UHGV virus genome: UHGV-0311442
From: a virus
DNA length: 64,000 nt
Strand: one strand, 5' to 3'
This document shows positions 18,202 to 25,579 of the stretch, piece after piece. The notes under the pieces were generated by a model. The model was not told where the DNA came from, did no database searches, and saw only the letters and a list, made by a program, of their open reading frames with translations. How positions within the stretch are numbered: the first letter of the stretch is position 1; each line of letters starts with the position of its first letter. Made by a program: the position numbers and the translations under genes.

Positions 18202-18750
18202 TTAGTCACGAGACTTTATTTTAAGGTACGCAACCGCAGCTCCCATGATTGCAATACCGGCACCCCAACCTATCTTTTCTACTACAGTCAAATCAGACCA
18301 TTTCTTCTCTTCCGTAGTAGACGAGTCAGTATTCGCTGAGAAGGCTTGTGCCCTCATGCGTTCCGTCTCAACATTGTTACGTTCGGCTTCGTCTTCTACC
18401 TGTTTCAACAACGCTTCGCGGTTTAGGTACTTGGCGTTTATCTCCGCAGCTCTGGCATTCATTTCCGCAGCCTTTTGACGTTTCCGTTCTTCAATTTTCC
18501 TAATCAGATCTTCTAAATAGAGCCTCGTTTCTTCCACAGCCTGCTCATAGACGTCTATGCGATCGGGAAGAACTCTCCTGTGGTTGGATTTGTTGCGAAC
18601 GGAGGCAATCATGTGGAGTTTCCGTTCGTATTTTGGTTCGAGAAGATAGGCTATGCTTTTGGTCTTCTCATGAAGTCCGCGACCAGTACCGCCGAGTTTT
18701 TCCACAAGTTCTTCTACAGAAATTGCAAGATCGAGAATATATCCACGCAT
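18202..18750 (-). CDS. Hypothetical coiled-coil protein with a C-terminal membrane anchor
   Basis: Track ORF 18202..18801 begins with TTG. I prefer the ATG at 18750 (MRGYILD...), which lies 8 nt after GGAG. The middle is Lys/Glu/Arg-rich and helical, and the C-terminus is hydrophobic (IGWGAGIAIMGAAVAYL). Confidence 0.55.
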   Translation of the reverse strand: MRGYILDLAISVEELVEKLGGTGRGLHEKTKSIAYLLEPKYERKLHMIASVRNKSNHRRVLPDRIDVYEQAVEETRLYLEDLIRKIEERKRQKAAEMNARAAEINAKYLNREALLKQVEDEAERNNVETERMRAQAFSANTDSSTTEEKKWSDLTVVEKIGWGAGIAIMGAAVAYLKIKSRD

Positions 18751-18810
18751 AATTGTTTCTCCGCTTAAACGTAGTCTTGGGAGACATAAGTCTGTTCCCA
18801 ACTGTAAAAA

Positions 18811-19164
18811 TCATTTCAACAAAACAAGATGAATTTGGTATTCGTCATCCGCAGGAGAAGAATAATCGCCGGTTTCAGGAAACGATAAATCCCCTAGTAG
18901 ACTGTGGAAGGATAATCCGTGTACAGCTTCAACTTTTCGTACAAGCGGAAAACCTGTTCTTTTAATCCAATTGTAATCGACAAACAAAACACCACCAGGA
19001 CTTCCCGAGCCTGACCATACGCGAATATCCACAGTCTTTCCTGAGAAGTTGGCAAGAACGGTGCGTAGTTTTAATAGCACACCGCGTGTGAGGGGTACTT
19101 CAATAACAGATTCAGGGAATCTAAAACCGAATCCGTTGGGAGTATTAAAGAACTGAGCTTGCAT
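18811..19164 (-). CDS. Hypothetical protein
   Basis: Track ORF of 117 aa with an ATG after CTAAAGGAG. It is the first gene after terminator 19185-19224. Confidence 0.55.
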   Translation of the reverse strand: MQAQFFNTPNGFGFRFPESVIEVPLTRGVLLKLRTVLANFSGKTVDIRVWSGSGSPGGVLFVDYNWIKRTGFPLVRKVEAVHGLSFHSLLGDLSFPETGDYSSPADDEYQIHLVLLK

Positions 19165-19184
19165 GGTAAATTCTCCTTTAGGGT

Positions 19185-19224
19185 AAAAAATGAAAATACC
19201 CTACTCCTGTCTAGGAGTAGGGTA
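19185..19224 (-). terminator. Rho-independent terminator (minus strand), CCCTACTCC hairpin family
   Basis: Stem taccctactcct/aggagtagggta with loop gtct. The minus strand continues ttttcatttttt. Confidence 0.75.
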
Positions 19225-19228
19225 GGTG

Positions 19229-19888
19229 TTACATACGGGTAACTGAATCCCAGTAATCGCGAAGATATTCTTGATCCTCAGGATCTTTCGGTGTAGCCGG
19301 AATGTGGCCGTCAAACTCAAACGGAATTACAGACAGAACATCCGCAATCTCGTAACGCTCGACTTCCAGTTCAACTTTCACCCAGTCACCGACGCTGGTA
19401 CTACTACGCATCTCGGTGAGGAGATCGTTAAAGTCACCCGAAACTTCAATTGCGGGGTGTCCGGTGGTGATACTGAAAATATCAATATCCCAATGCTTAG
19501 CACCTTTATCGGCTAATTCGCCCGGTTCTAAGTGGATACGCTTCACCAGGTGCGCCAAATAACCGTCCTTGTAAAAAGAGAGTGCAGAACTAATACCGAT
19601 ATCCGAATTCTCTTCAACCTTTCCGTCCAGGAATTTACGCTTAAGCGTTAGCTGTGCTGTACCGTCTTCTTTAATACGGATACGGCGACGCCCGCCTTCT
19701 ATCGGCATGAGGATGTCCATGAACATCTTAGTGGACTGTGCGTGTAGCCAATCCCATCCCGCTTGCGTAGGTTTAACCCAGACGCAATATTCCTTTTCCA
19801 CTTCGCGTTTAATGGATTCGCCCGCAACGCGAATAACCTCTTCTTCCTGCGCTTTTTCCAATTGCGCAAGGGTATCGAATAATCCCAT
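19229..19888 (-). CDS. CYTH-like (triphosphate tunnel metalloenzyme-like) protein
   Basis: Track ORF of 219 aa. By-eye CYTH pattern: N-terminal ExExK (REVEKEY, nt ~19783-19806), RRRIRIKEDGTAQLTLKRK, KHWDIDIF, and C-terminal alternating Glu strand WVKVELEVE (cf. E. coli YgiF EIELKF...LRIRG...MTMK...ELELEL). The start overlaps the stop of the upstream gene (TAATG). Confidence 0.45.
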   Translation of the reverse strand: MGLFDTLAQLEKAQEEEVIRVAGESIKREVEKEYCVWVKPTQAGWDWLHAQSTKMFMDILMPIEGGRRRIRIKEDGTAQLTLKRKFLDGKVEENSDIGISSALSFYKDGYLAHLVKRIHLEPGELADKGAKHWDIDIFSITTGHPAIEVSGDFNDLLTEMRSSTSVGDWVKVELEVERYEIADVLSVIPFEFDGHIPATPKDPEDQEYLRDYWDSVTRM

Positions 19889-20709
19889 TAGATTAATCCC
19901 ATACTTTCACTGACGCTCGTAATGTCGAACGTTGTGTCGTTAAAGTCGATGTTTTCTACAATAGAAACCACCAGATTAGGAAGCCATTCCGAATGGGGTG
20001 GTGTAATAACCCGGCCGTTCATAACGTAGTAATGCAAGAACGGTAATCCCATCGAATGGCAGTACGATAACACATTACCTAAGCAGCTTCCGTCAAACTT
20101 CAAGAGTCGGAGCTTACGCAATAATGCGTTTTGAAATGCACCGTTCGCGTAATTGCTAAACTCGCCAGGCCGATAATCCGTGCCCCCGTAGATACTCGCC
20201 TTTAATCGACGACCGTGTTGTATACATTCAGCCCCAGTCAGGGTGCGTAATAAACGGATGTCAGGATATTCAGTTTCCAAACGACCCAACGCGTTTATTC
20301 CGTAGCCCTTGTAGAACAGATAGTCTACGATCCTTAAATAATGATAGTAGCCTTCTAACGTTAAAAACTGACCATGTATCGTGTCGAATTTCGCACCGTT
20401 AGGTTGCGCGTAGAAGTTACTGATCATTTTCCCTACGGTAGTACGACCGTTAGAGTAAAGGTTAAGATGGTTGATACCATCGGTAAAAGGGAGTTTTTCG
20501 GGTAACGCACAAACGTAGCCTAAACGACGAAGGTATAGGACATAAACAAAGCGCTCATCAGGAGTAAGCACGATGTTTGACGCGTTAACGTATCCATTAG
20601 GATTATTTCGCCCAGGTTGATAACCCAGCGTTAATGCCAGAGCGTGATTGTCTTCGCCCTGACTTTTGATCTTCTTTAATACGGAACGCAGTAATTGTGG
20701 TTCGGACAT
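19888..20709 (-). CDS. NADAR (YbiA/DUF1768)-like domain protein with an ~85-aa N-terminal extension
   Basis: The track ORF starts at a TTG at 20730. I prefer the ATG at 20709 (MSEPQLL...), 6 nt after AAGAGG and clear of the upstream stop. LNLYSNGRTTVGKMISNFYAQPNGAKFDTIHGQFLTLEGYYHYLRI aligns by eye with E. coli YbiA INFYSTSDDYGDFSNFAAWPIKVDGKTWPTSEHYFQAQKF. Confidence 0.5.
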   Translation of the reverse strand: MSEPQLLRSVLKKIKSQGEDNHALALTLGYQPGRNNPNGYVNASNIVLTPDERFVYVLYLRRLGYVCALPEKLPFTDGINHLNLYSNGRTTVGKMISNFYAQPNGAKFDTIHGQFLTLEGYYHYLRIVDYLFYKGYGINALGRLETEYPDIRLLRTLTGAECIQHGRRLKASIYGGTDYRPGEFSNYANGAFQNALLRKLRLLKFDGSCLGNVLSYCHSMGLPFLHYYVMNGRVITPPHSEWLPNLVVSIVENIDFNDTTFDITSVSESMGLI

Positions 20710-20719
20710 AACCGGCCTC

Positions 20720-21994
20720 TTAAATAGCAAAATAGTCTTCCACGATTTTATCGGTAGACTGGTAACTTACACTGCCCGCAGCAATCACGTAATTACGTTT
20801 CTCAGTGGTCAGTAGCGCCTGAATCGCATTTACGCCTGCATAGGTGTAAAGTTTAAGTTCAGTCATTTCCGGCGTGATGTTTTTCGCTTTGTCCCACTTT
20901 GCATCTAATCCTTTAAATAGCGTTAATAGACGAGTACCATACGTTTTGAAACTGACACCAGGTTCAACCCGTAGGTTAGCCATGAGGTTCTGGATAACGG
21001 TGGCTGCGATCTGGGTCCCTTGTCCCGGTTGCAGTTTATCCAGATAGTATTCCGTTGAATCGAGATTACCTGTCGCTGCCGCCTGAATCATCAACTCGCC
21101 GTACAGTACCTCTTTCGCTTGTGCATCAGTAATCGCTTGAAGCATCGGCTCAATTTTAGCCGGTAAACCATAACTGTTCAGTTTGGTAGATAGGCCATAA
21201 ATCAGCGCTGAAGAGGTATTAATGTCTAACGTGGAGAAACTGTCGCTGCCTTTAAAGCTGTTAATCAGGTTATCGATGGCTAAGAAGTCGTCTAAGTCTT
21301 TGTAGCTGTCGAAAGTATGTTGTACGTCATCAACGATCGAGGTGATTTGATAACGCATACTGTTGACTTCAGACATAAACCCGTTGACTTCTTGGCTAAC
21401 TTCCGAGGGGAGTTTAGCCAGTTGCCCAGCAATGTTCATCGTCCCTTCGAGACGTTTTTTCACCGAGTTAAAGTCAGTACCGATACCTGATAAAACAGAG
21501 TCGGTTAAGCTGCCGATGCTGTCCCACCCTTTACCTAACAGCTTCCCCATTCCACCTGGACTTAGGTAGTCTAACGCCTTTAGACCATCTTCATCCTTTT
21601 TCTTAAAGGGTTCAGAAACGTCACGCTTTTGTGGGTCGAGGACAGGAAGCGTTTCTTTGGTGTTAGATGCAAAACCGGGAACCTTTTGTCCTGGCGACAC
21701 CCCCGAGGCTGAACTCCCCGCAGTCTTAGTTCCCCCAACACTGGCGGTATCACTACCGCCAAAAAGGTTACCAATTTTGCTGGTCAGCTCGTTACCACCG
21801 CTAAGCAGTTTGTTGAATGTTTCACCAGCACGTTCTGATAATCGGTTGACGTTATCGACCGTGTTCTTAATACCACGCTCCGCATTTTCCACCGTTGTTT
21901 GTACGCGGTTTGCGGCGTTCTTTGCCGTATTAACGGAATTATCGATTGCCGACTGACCTTTATTTATCTGACTGGTTATTTGGTCGATTTTCAT
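20720..21994 (-). CDS. Hypothetical protein with a repetitive helical N-terminus
   Basis: Track ORF 20720..22021 starts with TTG. The ATG at 21994 (MKIDQITSQ...) lies 6 nt after GGAG. The N-terminus has repeated N/V/A-rich helical segments (NSVNTAKNAANRVQTTVENAERGIKNTVDNVNRL). Confidence 0.55.
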   Translation of the reverse strand: MKIDQITSQINKGQSAIDNSVNTAKNAANRVQTTVENAERGIKNTVDNVNRLSERAGETFNKLLSGGNELTSKIGNLFGGSDTASVGGTKTAGSSASGVSPGQKVPGFASNTKETLPVLDPQKRDVSEPFKKKDEDGLKALDYLSPGGMGKLLGKGWDSIGSLTDSVLSGIGTDFNSVKKRLEGTMNIAGQLAKLPSEVSQEVNGFMSEVNSMRYQITSIVDDVQHTFDSYKDLDDFLAIDNLINSFKGSDSFSTLDINTSSALIYGLSTKLNSYGLPAKIEPMLQAITDAQAKEVLYGELMIQAAATGNLDSTEYYLDKLQPGQGTQIAATVIQNLMANLRVEPGVSFKTYGTRLLTLFKGLDAKWDKAKNITPEMTELKLYTYAGVNAIQALLTTEKRNYVIAAGSVSYQSTDKIVEDYFAI

Positions 21995-22805
21995 TCTGGT
22001 CTCCAATTTGGTATTCGTCAAGGTTTACCGTGACCTGAACTTCGTAGATTTTATTGTCTTTCTGACGCCTTAAAGTCAAAAGGATTTCGAAACTACGAAC
22101 ATCAATTGCCTTGAGTACCCTCATAAACCATTTCCAGGAAAACTTCTTTTTTAACCTTAGATTGTGCTGCATGTTGTGTCGCAAATCATTTCGTTTCGAC
22201 GGTGTTTGCTCACAGTTAGCAGGATCGTTAACGAAGTTTGTGGAAAGACGGTACCACCAGTCCGCATTCATTTTCATGTTTGCGAAGATAGTCCAAGTTA
22301 ACCGAGATAACGGATGTACCATCATCTTTGCGGTCTCACCACAGTTCTGGAAATAACGGTTCAGTTGCGCAGTTGCAGACTCTTTAGGTCGTTCGTCGTT
22401 ATCTTCGAACAAATCCCGAGCGAGATCTTCACGCACGCGTGTGGTAATTTCAGATACGGTTTTTGTTTTGAAGTGTCCTCGGTAAGTGGTTACACAAATC
22501 CGCAGTGTCTCCACTCCGGTAATCACCAACCCTTCTGTAAAACCTCGCCAGGTAAGATCGACAGGTAGTGCAGGGATGTTACCTGAACTCAGCTTCGTGG
22601 AGATACGTTGTATTCGATCGTCCATCGTTGCTTTTGAACGTGTTTTAAATTCTGGAGACAGAATATGTTTGGCGACGGCGAGTTTATAATCCGAAGGCTT
22701 CCATCCGATCAATTCTTTATAATTCCAATATAGTGTTTGAAGTGGTCCGCCTGCACGTTCGTCTTCAGCGTCCACGACCACACTTACTTTTTTGCTATCC
22801 ATCAC
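21960..22805 (-). CDS. Hypothetical protein
   Basis: Track ORF of 281 aa with an ATG-ATG start after AAGGTG. Its 3' end overlaps the next gene by ~35 nt. Confidence 0.55.
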   Translation of the reverse strand: MMDSKKVSVVVDAEDERAGGPLQTLYWNYKELIGWKPSDYKLAVAKHILSPEFKTRSKATMDDRIQRISTKLSSGNIPALPVDLTWRGFTEGLVITGVETLRICVTTYRGHFKTKTVSEITTRVREDLARDLFEDNDERPKESATAQLNRYFQNCGETAKMMVHPLSRLTWTIFANMKMNADWWYRLSTNFVNDPANCEQTPSKRNDLRHNMQHNLRLKKKFSWKWFMRVLKAIDVRSFEILLTLRRQKDNKIYEVQVTVNLDEYQIGDQNENRPNNQSDK

Positions 22806-22835
22806 ATCACCTTGTTACAAGGGGTTACTGGTTTA

Positions 22836-23384
22836 TTAAATAGGACGTTCTAAAAGGTAGTGTTCAATCAACGTTTCCAACTCCCGGAATAAATGCGCAG
22901 TTTGATTTACCAGCGCTTTGTCTTCGTCGGACTCCGGTTTAAGGAACGCCGATTCATAGGGTTGAATTAGCGCGAGTAATTTACCCAGCTTATAAGCGGC
23001 AACCTCAGGACTGGACGTCCCAAAATAAGTGTCTAGCCATCGGTATTCCGCCAAGTCGTTTCGTTTATTTAAAGCGTCAGGTAATGGTAGCCATTCGATT
23101 GAACTCCTGTTAATTGCTCGTTGGTATTCATTAATGAGAAATGCCAAACGTTGATAAACGAGATCAATGTTATTAATACGCAATTCGAGGAAACCGCGAA
23201 GGCTGGGACGAAAGGGTTCTTCATTTATGTTTAAAGGCAACGTAAGCAATTGTAAGCCGGTAAAGACTCTGACATAGGGGTTGTGGGTGTTCTTATGGAA
23301 CTCCTGCTTCAGAGACTCTCTGAGGGCTTTTAAACGATTATTCTCTAACCGTTGTTTAAAACGAGTTATTATTCCTGTTAACAT
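22836..23384 (-). CDS. Hypothetical protein
   Basis: Track ORF of 182 aa. The ATG lies 28 nt downstream of promoter-like motif AGATATTATC, with an AGGAG SD. Confidence 0.6.
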   Translation of the reverse strand: MLTGIITRFKQRLENNRLKALRESLKQEFHKNTHNPYVRVFTGLQLLTLPLNINEEPFRPSLRGFLELRINNIDLVYQRLAFLINEYQRAINRSSIEWLPLPDALNKRNDLAEYRWLDTYFGTSSPEVAAYKLGKLLALIQPYESAFLKPESDEDKALVNQTAHLFRELETLIEHYLLERPI

Positions 23385-23404
23385 AATTCACTCCTAAAGA
23401 ATGT

Positions 23405-23429
23405 CTCACGTAGATAATATCTGTCTGAC
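23405..23429 (-). promoter_or_regulatory. Promoter-like motif, class B (minus orientation: GTCAGACAGATATTATCTACGTGAG)
   Basis: The AGATATTATC core sits exactly 28 nt upstream of the ATG at 23384, the same core and spacing as at 32521-32545. It lies in a divergent intergenic region. Confidence 0.45.
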
Positions 23430-23455
23430 TTCTTTTTGAAATTGAGGTAGTAAGA

Positions 23456-23920
23456 ATGGCTGACGAAGAAGTGAAATATCAGGCGTTTGATGGAGATGTG
23501 GACGACGAAGAATCGCTTCTCCGCCAAACGCAACAAGCCCGTGTACGGATTGTGAATCTCATCTTAGACGATCCACAAGCACACAAAGACTTGAAAACGG
23601 TAGACCGGTTAGGGTCTTTGCTTAACGACGTTGATAAACAAATCATTTCCAAACGTCGCGTCGCCGCTGCACAGAAAAACAGCGAAGCTAACCAAGATTT
23701 GGCGAATGCACTTAATAGCATCCTCATGCAACGTGGCAACATCAAAATACGTCGTCACGATGAGGAAATCGAAGAAACCCAGGGCTACCAGCCCCCCGTT
23801 CCTGTTATTCCTGATGTTGAAGTAACAGAAGGGGAGCTGGCACCAGTAGGTGAACAAATCGATGTTAAGTCCATTATGACGGCGGCGTTTGCACGTCCTG
23901 AGCAGGGCGAGCAAGACTAA
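23456..23920 (+). CDS. Hypothetical acidic protein
   Basis: Track ORF of 154 aa with an ATG after GAGGTAG. Its 3' end overlaps the convergent gene 23874..24596 by 47 nt. Confidence 0.55.
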   Translation: MADEEVKYQAFDGDVDDEESLLRQTQQARVRIVNLILDDPQAHKDLKTVDRLGSLLNDVDKQIISKRRVAAAQKNSEANQDLANALNSILMQRGNIKIRRHDEEIEETQGYQPPVPVIPDVEVTEGELAPVGEQIDVKSIMTAAFARPEQGEQD

Positions 23921-24596
23921 ATAAAGCGGCATCTCGTGGGTCGACACCGACCCACTCTGCCATAAACCGGATATGTTCCTTAAACGGGTTAACCCCGTCT
24001 TGTTTGATTTGTTCAACCAACACTCCGGTCAGTTCTGGTGTGAGCATGGCAGGGTGTGTGATGGTAAAGCTCGGAATCGGTTTTTTCAAGTGTGTGGCGT
24101 TAAGCTTAATCCACTCGAACCAATCGTACATTATCCAGCAATCCCACGCCAATGACAATCTCCCCGGTGTGAGATCTTCTAACGACCAAGACACTAATTC
24201 AACTTGTACGTTATTGTAGTACATCCGAAACAGATTCAAAAAGGCTTGAAGTTCTTCGCCCGTTAAATCCGTATAAGGCCACGTATTGATGGTCAGAGTG
24301 GGTTTTTCAATTGGCGAATGCATTTCGATTTCAAGCAACATACACTCGAATTCGTTTTTCATTGTTGCCAATAATTCAGTAGGCTGCGCATTAATCAACG
24401 CGCGCTTATCCCGCTTCCGCCACTCTTCATCCCATTTTTCAAATCCAAGTACGCCAGCCCAAGCTTCTGTATAGCGACGACGATAAACGTCGTAGTCTAG
24501 CAATGTTAAGCTTTCAGGCTTAACGGCTTTTACCCAACCTAAACGCGTATCAAATAACGTATCAATATCGATTAAGAAACGCCGAGATAATCTCAT
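23874..24596 (-). CDS. Hypothetical protein
   Basis: Track ORF of 240 aa. Its start overlaps the upstream stop (ATGA). Confidence 0.6.
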   Translation of the reverse strand: MRLSRRFLIDIDTLFDTRLGWVKAVKPESLTLLDYDVYRRRYTEAWAGVLGFEKWDEEWRKRDKRALINAQPTELLATMKNEFECMLLEIEMHSPIEKPTLTINTWPYTDLTGEELQAFLNLFRMYYNNVQVELVSWSLEDLTPGRLSLAWDCWIMYDWFEWIKLNATHLKKPIPSFTITHPAMLTPELTGVLVEQIKQDGVNPFKEHIRFMAEWVGVDPRDAALFSLARPAQDVQTPPS

Positions 24597-25261
24597 GACG
24601 GATGGCCTATGTTGTTACCGATATGCATCGCTTTTAGGTACGCCGACCACGTACGCGTTGCTTTAGAACTCGTTCGCTCCGCCCCAGGCAAATCAATACG
24701 CCCTTTACCGGTTTGGCGCAACGATTGATAGAAAGCACGTTGTAGTGCGTCGTTACCACCACGCGCCCACAAGAACTCTTTCAGTGTCCAGTCGTGACCA
24801 TCGGAGTACATGATGTATGCCTCTGGGAAGGACACCCCGGATGCTTTAGAAGGTCCGACGACTTGACCGGAGAGTTTATCGCGAACTTTGTCGTTTTTCG
24901 CAACCGCCATTTTCTTTTCTTGCATCTGTGTCTGACGACGGACAGGCAAGCGTAAGACTAAGTGAGGGTAACGAGTACGGTGATAGACACCCGTTTTTGG
25001 TTCTGTTAGCCAGAGTCGTTGTTCCAGGTTTACCCCGAGAATTTTGCACACCTCGATATTGCGCAGGTGGTCAATTTCGACTTTACTTCCCACCGGGTTG
25101 TAAATAGGTAAACCGTTACGAAGTCGGTTAAACTGTTCGTCGGTCATTCGTGCGAAGGCTTTCTTCGCGGCTTCGGCATTAATGCCAGAAGGGTCTACCA
25201 ACTTTAAGATTTGTAAGGCGTAGGCTTCCGCCTTTTTACGCCGTGCTGGTTCGAGTTTCAT
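24593..25261 (-). CDS. Hypothetical protein
   Basis: Track ORF of 222 aa with an ATG start, in operon packing. Confidence 0.6.
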   Translation of the reverse strand: MKLEPARRKKAEAYALQILKLVDPSGINAEAAKKAFARMTDEQFNRLRNGLPIYNPVGSKVEIDHLRNIEVCKILGVNLEQRLWLTEPKTGVYHRTRYPHLVLRLPVRRQTQMQEKKMAVAKNDKVRDKLSGQVVGPSKASGVSFPEAYIMYSDGHDWTLKEFLWARGGNDALQRAFYQSLRQTGKGRIDLPGAERTSSKATRTWSAYLKAMHIGNNIGHPS

Positions 25262-25535
25262 TGTCTACCGCCTTACGTAAATTGGATAACGTTTCTGCTT
25301 CAAGCAGGTCAATCCAGTAGCTAATAGCTTCCGTGTTTTCAGGAAGTTCGGAACGTACTGGCGCATACCCGTAACGCACTAATAGATTCGAGTAATACTC
25401 AGCGACCTTTAAACAAAAAGATTCCAGATCGGGAAACGGAAGAGTGAAGGCTTCACGAAATTCGGCCGCTGTTTCTAAATTAACACTTGCCAATCCTTCA
25501 CTTAAGCGTTCCACAATCTCCGTTTGATAACGCAT
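25236..25535 (-). CDS. Hypothetical protein
   Basis: Track ORF of 99 aa with an ATG after CTAAGGAG. It overlaps the next gene by 26 nt. Confidence 0.5.
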   Translation of the reverse strand: MRYQTEIVERLSEGLASVNLETAAEFREAFTLPFPDLESFCLKVAEYYSNLLVRYGYAPVRSELPENTEAISYWIDLLEAETLSNLRKAVDNETRTSTA

Positions 25536-25549
25536 GATGACTCCTTAGG

Positions 25550-25573
25550 TCGGGTAGGGTAATCCCTACCCGA
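25550..25573. other. Intercistronic hairpin (tcgggtaggg/ccctacccga)
   Basis: 10-bp stem with loop taat, between the UvsX-like gene and the next minus-strand gene. The T-run (tatttatttcttttt) lies on the plus-strand side only. Confidence 0.5.
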
Positions 25574-25579
25574 GCCTAT

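Noticed and set aside
23874-24596. N-terminal LIDIDTLFDT as a HAD-phosphatase DxDxT motif
   Set aside because: I could find no further HAD motifs (the S/T, K or DD motifs), so no call was made.
24593-25261. Faint resemblance of LSGQVVGPSKASGVSFPEAYIMYSDGHDWTLKEFLW to the RNAP beta C-terminal GGQRFGEMEVWALEAYGA region
   Set aside because: It lacks the other obligatory beta motifs (for example the GNKGV-type segment), and the protein is only 222 aa. I treated it as a coincidence.
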